Numbered from the stretch's first letter, positions 21,657 to 32,315 are shown. The stretch is 64,000 nucleotides of DNA from an uncultured Pseudomonadota bacterium (GCA_963819375.1 CAWFVU010000004.1:321960-385959), one strand, 5' to 3'. Program-made: numbers and translations. The notes: generated by a model not told the origin, from the sequence alone.

Positions 21657-22244
21657 TTGAGCTTCATCAACTACTCGTCGCGGGAGATCAACTGCAAGTT
21701 GGTCTACTACGGGCCTGGCCTCTGCGGGAAGACCACCAACCTGCACTACATCTATGCGAAGACCAGCCCCGACGCGAAGGGGAAGATGATCTCGCTGGCG
21801 ACCGAGACGGAACGGACGCTCTTCTTCGACTTTCTGCCGCTGTCGCTCGGTGAGATCCGCGGCTTCAAGACCCGTTTTCATCTGTACACCGTCCCCGGCC
21901 AGGTCTTCTACGACGCCAGCCGCAAGCTGATCTTGAAGGGCGTCGACGGCGTGGTGTTCGTGGCCGATTCGCAGATCGAGCGCATGGAGGCGAACATCGA
22001 GTCGCTCGACAACCTGCGGCTCAACCTGACCGACCAGGGCTACAACCTCGACAAGCTCCCGTACGTCGTCCAGTACAACAAGCGCGACCTGCCGAACGCC
22101 GCGCCGCTCGAGCAGCTGCGCGAGGTGCTGAACCCGACCAAGGCCCCCGAGTTCGAGGCCTGCGCCACCAGCGGCGCCGGCGTCTTCGACACGCTGAAGG
22201 CCGTCGCCAAGTCCGTCCTGACCGAGCTCCGCCGCGGGCAGTAG
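21657..22244 (+). CDS. mglA: MglA, Ras-like gliding-motility/polarity GTPase
   Basis: 195 aa. [50 protein letters not shown] is the characteristic MglA sequence. TTG start. Confidence 0.95.
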   Translation: MSFINYSSREINCKLVYYGPGLCGKTTNLHYIYAKTSPDAKGKMISLATETERTLFFDFLPLSLGEIRGFKTRFHLYTVPGQVFYDASRKLILKGVDGVVFVADSQIERMEANIESLDNLRLNLTDQGYNLDKLPYVVQYNKRDLPNAAPLEQLREVLNPTKAPEFEACATSGAGVFDTLKAVAKSVLTELRRGQ

Positions 22245-22351
22245 CCCCAGGGTTGGCGATCGCGCCAACCGGGTTGACGCTCGAGCTCCCAGCGGCCGCG
22301 GTTTCTGGCCCGAATCGCGCGCACGAAGCTTGCTGCTGTGGTTCGCGGCAG

Positions 22352-23894
22352 ATGGTCGCCATGCGGCAGCGGAGGTGGTGGGTCCTTGGCTTGGTGGCAG
22401 CCGGCCTGGCGGCCTGCTCGTCGCCGCTCCCTTCGACCGTCTGCGCCACGTCTATCACCTACACGACCACTTTCACGGCGCTGGTCAACAATGACCTGGA
22501 TCTCGTGTTCGTGATCGACGACGGCCCGGCGATGGCCGGTTGGCAGGCGAAGCTGGCCACGCAGCTTCCAATCCTCATCGGGAAGGTGCAGTCCCTTCCA
22601 CGGCCGATCGGACTCCACATCGGTGTCATCTCGTCGGACCTGGGGGTGGGGGCGGCCACGAACGTCGGCATCCCCGGCTGCACGGTGTCCGGGGACGGTG
22701 GCAACCTTCGCAGTCAACCCGAAGGGATGTGCACAGACACCACGCTCGATTTGTCGGCGACGTTCATCTCCGAGATCGGGAGCGCTCGCAATTTCACGGC
22801 GGCGGACGACGCGAGCGAGTCGGGCGCGGCGAAGGTGTTCCAGTGCATCGCCCAGCTCGGCGACGGCGGCTGCGGTTTTGGTGAGCCGCTGGCGGCGCTC
22901 GTCCGCGCGCTTGGCGCCGATGGACAGCCCCCGCCGCCCGAGAACGTTGGATTTCTACGCCCCAACGCCTATCTGGGGATCATCTTCATCTCGAGCCAGG
23001 ACGACTGCTCGGTCCGCGCCGGAAGCCCGCTCTTCTCGCTGAGCGATCCCGCAGCCAACGATCTCGGCGATCCCTTGGGGCCGCTCACCCACTACCGCTG
23101 CAACTACGCAGGGCACCTCTGCGTCGATTCCCACGGCAACCAGGTCTCTCCGCCGATCCAGCCGCCGGCAGACGCCACCTCGGTCGACGGGGTCCCGACA
23201 CTGGCCCTCACCAACTGCCAGTCGAACGAAGGGGATGCCGCGTTGACGCCGGTGTCGACGTTCGTTTCAGAAATCAGGTCGCTCAAGCGAGATCCGAACC
23301 GAGATCCTGGTCGCCGGCCTCATCGGGCCGGCGTCTCCGTACGCCGTCGAATGGCTGCCCCAGGTGGGCGGCGCGGTGCCGGGAGAGCTCTGGCCCCGGG
23401 TCGCGCCCTCCTGCGGATCCGAGGCCACCGATGGAAGCGGCGCCTTCGGCGAGCCGGCGGTGCGTCTCACGCAGTTCGTCTACGCGTTCCCGAACAGTGT
23501 TCTCGCCTCGGTGTGCGACGACAGCTACGGGGAGGTCCTGGCGGGCTTCACCAGCGGGCAAGACGAAGGGCAGCCTCTCTGCGTTCCGACCGACATTCGC
23601 AGCAAGACCGACCCGGCGGGAAATACTTATCCCGATTGCGTGGTGACCGGGCACCTGACGACCTCTGACGGCGACGTACAAGAGCTCGTCCTTCCGCCTT
23701 GTGCCACGGTTGCGGCTGGCTCGGCCTGCTGGTCGATGGCGAGCGCCCCGGGCCCCAACCTCTGTGGGGTCGGGACCCAGGCCTTCACGGTGAGCAACGA
23801 GTCGGTCGGATCCGATTCAGCGTACTACGGGGCCAACTTCACCATCTCCTGCCAGCTCCCGCCGCCCGCCGACGCGGGCAGCTGCCCCGGTTGA
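22352..23894 (+). pseudogene. lipoprotein with VWA-like N-terminal region and Cys-rich C-terminus; one +1 frameshift
   Basis: ATG 22352 with lipobox LAAC|SS. DLDLVFVIDDGPAM resembles the VWA strand/MIDAS start. ORF 22253..23668 loses protein-like sequence after ..FVSEIRSLKRDPN (~23298). The +1 frame continues ILVAGLIGPASPYAVEWLPQVGGAVPGELWPRVAPSCGS.. into ORF 23364..23894. Confidence 0.6.
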
Positions 23895-23907
23895 ACGCGA
23901 CGACCGT

Positions 23908-25767
23908 TTACGCCTTGCGCAGGCAGGCCGTCGCGAACAGGCCGGCGATCATCGCCTGGACGCCGAGCCAGTAAGGTTCGATCGCGTCGGGGATGAAGCG
24001 GAGGTCGACGGTGTGGGCGATCGCCGCGAAGAGCAGCGCGCCCGCCACGCCGAAGCCGAAGCCGGCCAGCGCCGGCCGCAGGCGGCGCACGCCGTAGAGC
24101 AGCAGCGTCAGCAGGACCGGGACGGCGGCGCTGTAGACCAGCGTCGCGCTCAGCGGCCCGCAGGCGAGATCCATGAACCCGCCGGAGACCGCGCCGGCCA
24201 CCGCGTGCGCGTGCGACCAGGAGACCGGGATCGCCCAGGTCAGATCGAGCCCCGAAGCGCCGACCACGAACGCCGCCAGCGCGCCCAGGCCGAGCCCGTG
24301 AACCGCGATCCCGCGCCGGCGCGTCAGCAGGAGGCCGAGCAGGCCGGCCGCCAGGCCGAGGCCCAGCTCCTCGCCGCCGCGCGCGTCGCGCGTCTTGTGC
24401 AGCGCCGCCGCTGCGTCGACGATGCCGGCGCCATAGTGGTCGTCGATCCGTGCGCCCGCCGCCGCGTTGCGCCCCGCCGGCTTGCGCGCGGTGGAGAGCA
24501 GGATCTCCTCGACGGCGGCCGGCTTCTTCACGCCCGCGCCTACCACCAGGGCAGCCACGCCCGCCACGTGGGGCGTCGCCATCGACGTCCCCATGAACCA
24601 GAGGTAGTCGGTGCGCTTGGTGTCGCCCGGCACGATGGTGTGCTGCAGGACGCCCCCCTGGGCGTTGCCGCGCGTGTTCCCGCCCGGCGCGGCCAGATCG
24701 ATCTCCGGACCCCAGTTCGAATAGAAGGTGGTCGCCTCATCCTGCTGGGTCGCGGCGACGGCGATGACGTCCGGGTAGCGGGCGGGGTAGCTCACCCTGC
24801 CGCTCCCGTCGTTCCCGGCCGCGGCGATCACGACCACCCCTTTGTCGTGGGCGTACTTGATGGCCTTGGCCATGGGGGCCATCGAGCGCCCACCGCCCAG
24901 GCTCATGTTGATGACGTTGGCGCCGTGGTCGGCGGCCCAGCGGATCGACTGCGAGATGCCGCCCATCGAGCCCGACCCCTGCGCGGAGAGGACCTTGAGC
25001 GGCATGATGGTCGCGCCGTAGGCGACGCCGGCGACGCCGAGCTTGTTGTTGGTCGACTCGGCGATGGTGCCGGCGACGTGCGTGCCGTGGCCGTGGTCAT
25101 CGGCGGCGTTGGCGTTGTTGGCGACGAAGTTGTAGCCGGCGACGAACTTGGTCTCGGCGAGGTCGCCGACCTGGGTCACGCCCGTGTCGATGACGGCCAC
25201 CACCGCGCCCTTGCCGTTGCCCTGCTTCCAGGCGGCCGGCATGCCAATCTGGCGCATGTGCCACTGGTACTTGTAGCAAGCGTCGTTGGGGAAGCTGCCC
25301 GTGTCGTCGCCGCTTTCGCCTGCCTTGCCGCTGCACTCGGCCTCCATCGAGCCGGTCGACCGCGCGTCAGCCAGCTCCTCCTGGGCCTCCTCGTCGGGAG
25401 GGATGGTCGCCAGCGCGTCGTAGTCGACGCTCTCGACGTCGGGATCGCGGGCCAGCTTGGCAGCGGCCGCAGCAGCCTGGTCGGCGTCGGCGAAATCAAT
25501 CTGATAGAGCCCGTCGACGGCCGAATAGGCGCTCACCGGGACCTCGTGAAAGCCGGTGGCGGCCAGCGCCCCCTGCGAGATGTCGTCGCGGAAGTCGACG
25601 ATGAGACGCCTCGGCGCGAGGCCCGCCTCCTCGGCCAGCTCCTCGCTCGAGACGGCGGGCTTCTGCGCGGGCGGCGGGCCGCTGTGCCAGAGCATTCCGG
25701 CCCCCACCAGCACCGCAGCGAAACCAACCCAGGGTGCCACAAAAGAGACCAGGCTCGACTTCCGCAT
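23908..25767 (-). CDS. subtilisin-family (S8) serine protease with C-terminal polytopic membrane domain
   Basis: Catalytic triad motifs VAVIDTGV, HGTHVAGT and GTSMATPHVAG. N-terminal anchor or signal, an inhibitor-I9-like propeptide, and a last ~170 aa forming 5-6 predicted TM helices. Confidence 0.9.
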   Translation of the reverse strand: MRKSSLVSFVAPWVGFAAVLVGAGMLWHSGPPPAQKPAVSSEELAEEAGLAPRRLIVDFRDDISQGALAATGFHEVPVSAYSAVDGLYQIDFADADQAAAAAAKLARDPDVESVDYDALATIPPDEEAQEELADARSTGSMEAECSGKAGESGDDTGSFPNDACYKYQWHMRQIGMPAAWKQGNGKGAVVAVIDTGVTQVGDLAETKFVAGYNFVANNANAADDHGHGTHVAGTIAESTNNKLGVAGVAYGATIMPLKVLSAQGSGSMGGISQSIRWAADHGANVINMSLGGGRSMAPMAKAIKYAHDKGVVVIAAAGNDGSGRVSYPARYPDVIAVAATQQDEATTFYSNWGPEIDLAAPGGNTRGNAQGGVLQHTIVPGDTKRTDYLWFMGTSMATPHVAGVAALVVGAGVKKPAAVEEILLSTARKPAGRNAAAGARIDDHYGAGIVDAAAALHKTRDARGGEELGLGLAAGLLGLLLTRRRGIAVHGLGLGALAAFVVGASGLDLTWAIPVSWSHAHAVAGAVSGGFMDLACGPLSATLVYSAAVPVLLTLLLYGVRRLRPALAGFGFGVAGALLFAAIAHTVDLRFIPDAIEPYWLGVQAMIAGLFATACLRKA

Positions 25768-25943
25768 ACTGGAATTATACGGCCGGGCCGCGAACTTCGC
25801 AGGCCCCCAGGATCATTTAAAAGCGAGCCGGCCGTGATACATTGGCCGCTGCCTTACGCCGCGATCTTTCCGTGCCAGATTGCTGCCGCAGCTGCCGCGG
25901 CGGCTGTCGGATCCGCTGCCTCGCGAAAACCTCCGAAACCGCT

Positions 25944-27410
25944 TTGGGAAAATCCCTCACGATTCGCCTCGCCGGCCTGCTCGCCGGCCTCTCCCTGCTG
26001 GCCGCAGCCGGGTCGGCGCGCGCGCAGGACGAGAACCCGGCGGCGGTCGAGAAGATCAGCAAGCTCAACAAGAAGGCGGTCGACGAGTTCGAGAATCTGA
26101 ACTTTGACCAGGCGCGTAAAATCCTGAAGGACGCCCTCGACGCCTGCTCCCGCGGCGGGCTCGACGGGAGCCAGATCGCGGCGCGCACCCACGTTCACCT
26201 GGGCGTCGTCCTGTTCGCCGGCTTCAAGCAGAAGGACGATGCGCTGGCGGAGTTCAAGAAGGCGCTGGAGATCGCGCCGGACGTCAAGCTCGACAAGCTG
26301 CTCGCCACCCCGGAGATCCAGGAGGTCTTCGATCAGGCGGTCGCGGCCCAGAAGAGCGACAAGGCGGGTGGCGAGGCAGCGCCCGCGTCGGCCGACGCCA
26401 TCACCCACGAGCCGGTCACGCGCGCCACGCAGGGAAAGCCGATCCCGATCAATATGACGCTCGATTCATCGGTGAAGGCGAAGAAGGTCATGCTCTCGTT
26501 CAGCGCCGACGGCTCGGACGACTTCGGCGAGCGCGAGATGAAGGAGGCGTCGCCCGGAAACTGGATGGGCGAGATCCCCGCCTCGGCCACCGAGGGGGCC
26601 AAGGTCTCCTATTACATCGAGGTCGACGGCGACGACGATCAGGTCGTGGCGCGGAAGGGATCGGCGGCGGAGCCGCTGGTCGTCGCGCTGCGCGGGCCGG
26701 GCGGCGCGGCGCTCGGGCCGGGCAAGAAGAAGGTGGTCGCTCCGCCGCCCAAGACGAAGGAATCGGAGGGGCCCACCTGGTACTTCGCGCTCGGTCTCGG
26801 GACGGGCTTCGGATGGACGACCGGGCAGGGGGAGATCAACAAGGGAAACACCATGTCCCTGGGGCAGAACGGAATGCCCAACGACCTGCCCCCCGGCGAC
26901 AAGGTCGACCCGGCCGGGTTCGCCTGGGCCAAGCTGGGCCAGATCGCGCCCGAGGTCGGCTATTTCCTCAGCCCGGATCTGATGGTGTCGGTGCAGCTCC
27001 GGCTTCAGATCGTGACCGGCGCGACCCCCTTCTACGCGGTGCCGACCGACACCACCACCTGCGGGACGAGCAAGATCTGCTCGGCGCCTTCGCTCGCCAT
27101 CGCGGGCTTCGCGAAGGCCCACTATCTGTTTCACTTCGACGACCTGCATCCCTTCGTCTCGGCAATGGCGGGCGGAGGAACGATCCGGCACGTCGCGACG
27201 TTCAACACGCTTCCGAGGTGCGGCAGCGACATGCACACCACCTGCGTGGACACGATCGCCGCCGGGCCGATCTTCCTCGGCGTCGGCGGCGGGCTGTTTT
27301 ACAACCTGTCGGACGCGTTCGCGCTCACCGCCGAGACGAACCTGATCGCCGGCTTCACCAACTTCACGTTCAACATAGACGTCAACGTCGGCATCGCCGT
27401 CGAGTATTAG
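25944..27410 (+). CDS. secreted TPR-like / beta-barrel-like protein, unknown function
   Basis: In-frame TTG 25944 gives the signal peptide GKSLTIRLAGLLAGLSLLAAAGSARA|QDE. The N-terminal helical repeat region is TPR-like. The C-terminal third alternates beta-like segments and ends ..NVGIAVEY with a terminal aromatic. Confidence 0.6.
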   Translation: MGKSLTIRLAGLLAGLSLLAAAGSARAQDENPAAVEKISKLNKKAVDEFENLNFDQARKILKDALDACSRGGLDGSQIAARTHVHLGVVLFAGFKQKDDALAEFKKALEIAPDVKLDKLLATPEIQEVFDQAVAAQKSDKAGGEAAPASADAITHEPVTRATQGKPIPINMTLDSSVKAKKVMLSFSADGSDDFGEREMKEASPGNWMGEIPASATEGAKVSYYIEVDGDDDQVVARKGSAAEPLVVALRGPGGAALGPGKKKVVAPPPKTKESEGPTWYFALGLGTGFGWTTGQGEINKGNTMSLGQNGMPNDLPPGDKVDPAGFAWAKLGQIAPEVGYFLSPDLMVSVQLRLQIVTGATPFYAVPTDTTTCGTSKICSAPSLAIAGFAKAHYLFHFDDLHPFVSAMAGGGTIRHVATFNTLPRCGSDMHTTCVDTIAAGPIFLGVGGGLFYNLSDAFALTAETNLIAGFTNFTFNIDVNVGIAVEY

Positions 27411-27413
27411 CGG

Positions 27414-28997
27414 TCAGCTCGCCCTCGCCAGCTCGGTCGCGAAGAGGTGGGCGTGGGCGTAGACGGAGATCTGGGGGTTGACGCCGAGGCCGGTGGGGAA
27501 GACCGATCCGTCGGCGATCCAGAGGTTCTCGAGCTGGTGGTGGCGGCCGCGCGAGTCGACGACGGAGCGGGCGGGGTCCTCGCCCATCGCCGCGCCGCCC
27601 ATCTGGTGCGCCGAGAACAACGTGTGACGGTTGGGGCCGAACGGCGCCTCGGCGATCCCGGCCAGGTCTGACTCCTTTCGGAGCAGGAGCGGCGTCTCGT
27701 GCAGCGTCATCACCTCGCGCGCGCCGGCCGCCAGCTGCAGCCGCGCCATGTCGGTGAGCGCAGCGACGGCCGCCTCGCGCAGGGAGGCGCAGAGCGGGTA
27801 GCGGACCTTGATGCGTCCGTCGCCGTTCACGTCGACGGTCCCCCCCTCGTCGTCGTGGTGGCCGTCGATCAAGAGCGCGATCGTCGCCTGCGCGTAGGGG
27901 AGCCGCTCGACGATCCGGCGGTGGGAGTCGCCGAAGCCGGGAAAGGCCAGCGCGGCCAGCATCGGGTGGATCGGCGCCGTCTCGAAGAAGTAGCCGACCC
28001 GCTCGCCGCGATCGGCGAAGTGATGGACCGCCACCGACTGCGGCGGCCCGTAGAACGCCTCGATCGGCTGATCGTAAAACGCGATGAGCGGCACCGTCGG
28101 GTGCAGGAAGGTGCGGCGGCCGACCTGGCCGCTGTCGGTGCCCGCCTTCGAGCGGAGCAGCAGCGCCGGCGTGTTGATGGCGCCGCCCGCCAGGACGACG
28201 CCGCGCCGGGCGTAGACGACCAGCCGCCCCCGCGGGCGGTCGGTCGCGCGATCGAGCACGTCGGCGACGACGGCGCGCGCCCGGCCCCGATCGGTCTCGA
28301 TCAGCTTGGCGCGGCAGTCGCTGTAGAGGTCGGCGCCGTCGGCGATGGCGTCGGCCAGGAAGGTCGTGCGCGCCGTGAGCTTGGCGTCGAGCGGGCAGCC
28401 CATGCCGCAGTAGCCGAGCCGGGCGCACCCCTTGACGCTGCGGTGGATCAGCTCCGGCTGCCAGCCGAGCTTGGCGGCCCCGTCTTGGAGCTTTCGGTTG
28501 TTGTTGTTGACGTCGTTCGGGTCGCCGGACCCGACGTTCAGCCGCCGCTCGACCTCGGCGAAGTGCGGCGCCAGCGTGGCCGCGTCGAGGCCGCGCACGC
28601 CGTGACGGGCCGCCCACAGCGCCAGCGTCCGCTCGGGCGTCCGGAACGACGACGTCCAGTTGACGGTCGTCCCGCCGCCGACCGATCGACCCTGCAGGAT
28701 CAGGATCGACAGATCGTCGGTCGCCCGGTTGCCGTGCTCCTGGTAGAGGGCCGGGTAGGCCCACGACTCCTGCATGTTGAAGTCGCGCCGGGTGTAATGG
28801 CCCCCTTCTTCCATGACCACCACGTGCGCGCCGGCGGCGGCCAGGACCGCGGCCGCCGTGCTCCCGCCGGCGCCGCTGCCGACGACGACGTAGTCGGCCT
28901 CGATCGACGACGAGTCGGGCAGCTGGGCGGCCGTGACGATGCGGCCGGCGCGCCCGGTCGATCCAGGCGAGCCAGTCGAGCCAGGCGAGCCACTCAT
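27414..28997 (-). CDS. GMC-family FAD oxidoreductase
   Basis: ADYVVVGSGAGGSTAA dinucleotide fold and GMC C-terminal motifs (..HQMGGAAMG.., DGSVFPT). ATGA overlap with the upstream small subunit. Confidence 0.9.
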   Translation of the reverse strand: MSGSPGSTGSPGSTGRAGRIVTAAQLPDSSSIEADYVVVGSGAGGSTAAAVLAAAGAHVVVMEEGGHYTRRDFNMQESWAYPALYQEHGNRATDDLSILILQGRSVGGGTTVNWTSSFRTPERTLALWAARHGVRGLDAATLAPHFAEVERRLNVGSGDPNDVNNNNRKLQDGAAKLGWQPELIHRSVKGCARLGYCGMGCPLDAKLTARTTFLADAIADGADLYSDCRAKLIETDRGRARAVVADVLDRATDRPRGRLVVYARRGVVLAGGAINTPALLLRSKAGTDSGQVGRRTFLHPTVPLIAFYDQPIEAFYGPPQSVAVHHFADRGERVGYFFETAPIHPMLAALAFPGFGDSHRRIVERLPYAQATIALLIDGHHDDEGGTVDVNGDGRIKVRYPLCASLREAAVAALTDMARLQLAAGAREVMTLHETPLLLRKESDLAGIAEAPFGPNRHTLFSAHQMGGAAMGEDPARSVVDSRGRHHQLENLWIADGSVFPTGLGVNPQISVYAHAHLFATELARAS

Positions 28998-29569
28998 CGG
29001 GTGACCTCCGGGGGCTGCGGGACCGACGGGGGGCCCGGGTAGCCGATGAGCGGGTAGATCTCGGGCGACGAATAATAGACGGCGTCCGCCAGACGTTTGA
29101 GCGCCTGGTAGCCGCTGCGCAGGATGGCCAGGCGCGAGCGCCGCCAGGCCTCGAGCCGCGCATCCTGGTCGGCGGCCGACGCGCGCGTGAACGGCCGGGG
29201 CGAGGCGGCGGTGAACGTCCCGAGGAAGCCGCTCTCACAGAGGCGCAGCAGCCGGCGGAAGTCGTTGCCGACGTCCGGATGCACGGTCGCCATCAGCGCG
29301 TCGATCTTGCCGGCGCAGTCGAGCGCCTCGGCCCGCGGCCACCGCGCGTCCGCGCCATCACCGGGGACGATCCGCGCGGCGACCGCCGCCAGCACCGCGT
29401 ACTCGTCGGCGGAGAGCAGCCGCAGCGGTGTCCGCGGCGCGCTCCCTCGCCGGGTCGTCCGAAACACGAACGGCAGAGCCCCGCCGAGAACCAGCAGCGC
29501 CCCCCCGAACAGCCCCCGCTTCAGAAATCGGCGGCGATCAAAGCCCGCGCGCTCGTCAGAACCCGGCAC
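28994..29569 (-). CDS. gluconate 2-dehydrogenase subunit 3-like Tat-exported small subunit
   Basis: Twin-arginine motif DRRRFLKRG. 191 aa, translationally coupled to the GMC oxidoreductase. Confidence 0.75.
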   Translation of the reverse strand: MPGSDERAGFDRRRFLKRGLFGGALLVLGGALPFVFRTTRRGSAPRTPLRLLSADEYAVLAAVAARIVPGDGADARWPRAEALDCAGKIDALMATVHPDVGNDFRRLLRLCESGFLGTFTAASPRPFTRASAADQDARLEAWRRSRLAILRSGYQALKRLADAVYYSSPEIYPLIGYPGPPSVPQPPEVTR

Positions 29570-29646
29570 GCGCGGAGCCTAGCACCAGCCCCGCCGGCCG
29601 CATCATCGACGAAAAGACGCGGATCGCTGGGCGCGGGGCGGCCTGC

Positions 29647-30504
29647 TCAGGCGGCGCGCGTCGTGGCCGGGACCAACGACTTCGAACGCGCGCGCTGCCG
29701 CGCCGGATCGCGATCGGCCGTCCCGCTCGGCAACGTCGCGCGCAGGGCGCCGCGGCCGAACACCCAGAGCGACCCCGGGGTGCCGCGCTGCCAGATCTCG
29801 TCGCGCGTGAGCGGCTCGGTGGAGACGACCGCCACGCGATCCCGCGCGCTGGTGACCGCCGAGAAATCGATCGCCATCTCGGCGTCGCAGAGCGTGGCGC
29901 GCCCGAAGGGCGCCTTGCGGATGATGTAGCAGAGCTTGGTCCCGCAGCGCGCGTAGAGGTGGCGCCCGTCGGCGAGCAGGAAGTTGAACTTCCCCTCGGC
30001 GCCCAGCTGGCCGCCCAGCTCCGCCACCAGCTTCCACAGGCGCCGCCGCTCCCTGGGATAGCCGCCCGGGAAGGCGTCGCGGATGCGCTCGATCATCCAG
30101 CAGAAGGCGTGCTCGCTGTCGGTCTCGCCGAGCGGCTCCTCGACGCGCAGCTTGTGCCGCTTCACGTGCGGCAGCGTGCCGTTGTGGGCGAACACCCAGT
30201 GCCGCCCCCAGAGCACGCGCTTGAACGGGTGCGTGTTCTCGAGGCTCGCCTTGCCGCGCGTCTTCTTGCGGACGTGCGCCACCGCCAGCAGCGTCTTGAT
30301 GGGGTTGTCGCGGATGAAGTTGGCCATCGCGCTGTCGCAGGCCGGCCGTGGCTCGAGGAAGCTGCTGGCGAACTTGCCTTCGTAAAGGGCGACACCCCAG
30401 CCGTCGGCGTGGGGCCCGGTTTTACCGCCGCGGAGCGCGAATCCCGTGAACGAGAAGGTGATGTCGGTGGGGACGTTGCACTCCATCCCCATGAGCTCAC
30501 ACAT
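29647..30504 (-). CDS. class II glutamine amidotransferase (YafJ-type)
   Basis: N-terminal MCELMG (Cys2 nucleophile), ..HADGWGVA.., HNGTL. Confidence 0.85.
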   Translation of the reverse strand: MCELMGMECNVPTDITFSFTGFALRGGKTGPHADGWGVALYEGKFASSFLEPRPACDSAMANFIRDNPIKTLLAVAHVRKKTRGKASLENTHPFKRVLWGRHWVFAHNGTLPHVKRHKLRVEEPLGETDSEHAFCWMIERIRDAFPGGYPRERRRLWKLVAELGGQLGAEGKFNFLLADGRHLYARCGTKLCYIIRKAPFGRATLCDAEMAIDFSAVTSARDRVAVVSTEPLTRDEIWQRGTPGSLWVFGRGALRATLPSGTADRDPARQRARSKSLVPATTRAA

Positions 30505-30569
30505 GCGGCGATTGTACTTCGGTCATCGCTGTTTTGGCGGCGACTTCGCGGCTACAATCACACTTACCC

Positions 30570-32267
30570 ATGCGCGGCCGTCCATCCGTGGCGCCGGCGT
30601 CTGCGGCTCTCCCCTGGTGGGCGACGCCGCGGGGGACAGCCATCGTCGTTGCGCTGGTGGCGGTCCTCGCCTTCGCGCGCTCGCTCGGCAACGGGTTCAC
30701 CTACGACGAGGGGCTGGTCCTGGTGGGGGCCCAGCGGTTCCTGCAGTCGGGATCGTTCGGGGCGCTGCTGTCGAAGGACTACTTCGGCGCGAGTCTGGAA
30801 GGGACCTGGCGACCCTTCTGCACGCTCACGTACATGCTCGACGCGATGGTGTCGTTCCACCCGGCGCTGTTCAAGCTGGACAGTCTCATCGGGCACATCG
30901 TCGCGGCCTGGCTGCTGATGGCGCTCACCCGGCGCCTCCTGCCAGAAGGGCGGCGGCGCTGGGCGATCGTGGCCGGCCTGCTGTTCGCGCTGCATCCGAT
31001 CACGGCCGAGACGGTCGACAACGCCTCGTTTCGCGAGGACTCGCTGGTCACCGCCTTCACGCTCGCGACGCTGATCCTGTCGCTCGACCGCCGCCGCGGG
31101 CTGGCGCTCTTCTGTTACGGCCTGGGCCTCCTCTCGAAGGAGTCGGCGGTGATCGCCCCGGCGCTGCTGGCGATTCTCCGGCTCGGGCGGTTCGACCGCG
31201 AGATCCCCCGGGCCTGGGGCCCTCCCGAGCCGGCGTCCCCCCTCCCTTTGTCGATGACGGTGCGCCGGCTGGTCGTCGAGCTGATTCCGTTCGGCGTCCT
31301 CACGGTCATCTACCTCGGCATCCGGTTCGGGCCGATGAAGACGCCGGTCGCCTACGCCCAGTATCCGGGCGGCACGTTTGGCGCGACGCTGATCGGGCTG
31401 CCGGCGATCTGGGCGCACGATCTGCGCCTCTTGATATGGCCCTGGCCGCTCTGCGCCGACTACACCGGGTACTTCCGGTTCGGCGCGCAGCCCTGGGGGC
31501 CGGTGCTGATGGCGGGCGCGATGGTGCTCGCTTACCTCGGGCTCATCGTCTTCGCCCTCCGCCGGGGGGAGCGGGTGGTCGCGCTGGGGCTCGGCTGGTT
31601 TCTGCTGGCGCTGCTCCCGGTGTCGAACCTGCTCCCCATCCCCATCCCGGCCGCCGAGCGGTTCCTCTACCTGCCGCTCTGTGGGATCGCGCTGGCGGCG
31701 GCGGCCAGGTTCGGTCGATTCATGGAGGGTCATCCGCCACCGGCGCGGCGCCGGGGCACCCTTCTCGGTGTCGGCCTGCTGGCGGCCTTCGCGGTGCTGT
31801 TGAACCTGCGCCACGGCGACTGGCACGACGACCAGCGGCTCTGGCTGGCCACCGTCGCCGTCAACCCGCGCTCCTGTGGCGCCCAGAGCGCGGTCGGCGG
31901 CAGCCTCCTGTCGCGTGGGATGGTCTCCGGCGATCCCGAGCTCTTGCGCGCCTCCGCCGCGCGCGAGGAGCTGGCGCTCCGGCTCTGCAGTGACGACAGC
32001 GACCCGTTTCGGGCCGCCTTCGCCTACACCCGCCTTGGGGCTGCCCGGGCGCTGCTCGACGATCGGGCCGCCGCCCGGCTGGCGCTGGAGCGGGCGACCG
32101 TCCTTCATCCCCGCTATGCCCTGCCGTTCGCCTGGCTCGGGTATCTGGCGTATCAGGAGGGGGACCAGGCGGTCGCCGCCATGCTGCTGAAGAAAGCCAT
32201 CTTCGATCTCGGACCCCCGGACGCGACAGTGGCCGCCGTTGCACGATATTACGTCGACAAAATCTGA
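30570..32267 (+). CDS. polytopic membrane glycosyltransferase-like protein with C-terminal TPR repeats (TMTC/PMT_2-like)
   Basis: ATG 30570 within ORF 30534..32267. About 10 TM helices with the DUF1736-like stretch ..HPITAETVDNASFREDSL.., then TPR-like repeats (..AWLGYLAYQEGDQAVAAMLLKKAI). Confidence 0.7.
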   Translation: MRGRPSVAPASAALPWWATPRGTAIVVALVAVLAFARSLGNGFTYDEGLVLVGAQRFLQSGSFGALLSKDYFGASLEGTWRPFCTLTYMLDAMVSFHPALFKLDSLIGHIVAAWLLMALTRRLLPEGRRRWAIVAGLLFALHPITAETVDNASFREDSLVTAFTLATLILSLDRRRGLALFCYGLGLLSKESAVIAPALLAILRLGRFDREIPRAWGPPEPASPLPLSMTVRRLVVELIPFGVLTVIYLGIRFGPMKTPVAYAQYPGGTFGATLIGLPAIWAHDLRLLIWPWPLCADYTGYFRFGAQPWGPVLMAGAMVLAYLGLIVFALRRGERVVALGLGWFLLALLPVSNLLPIPIPAAERFLYLPLCGIALAAAARFGRFMEGHPPPARRRGTLLGVGLLAAFAVLLNLRHGDWHDDQRLWLATVAVNPRSCGAQSAVGGSLLSRGMVSGDPELLRASAAREELALRLCSDDSDPFRAAFAYTRLGAARALLDDRAAARLALERATVLHPRYALPFAWLGYLAYQEGDQAVAAMLLKKAIFDLGPPDATVAAVARYYVDKI

Positions 32268-32315
32268 GCCCCGCAGGCTGACCCGATCGGGGCGGGCGGC
32301 CCCTTGCCGGCGCTG

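Noticed and set aside
25768-25943. TGGCAC at about 25868-25873 (minus strand) as a second sigma-54 promoter, and TATAAT 7 nt upstream of the S8 protease ATG
   Set aside because: No GC dinucleotide sits at the required -12 spacing after the TGGCAC. The TATAAT is too close to the ATG to be assessed without a mapped transcription start site.
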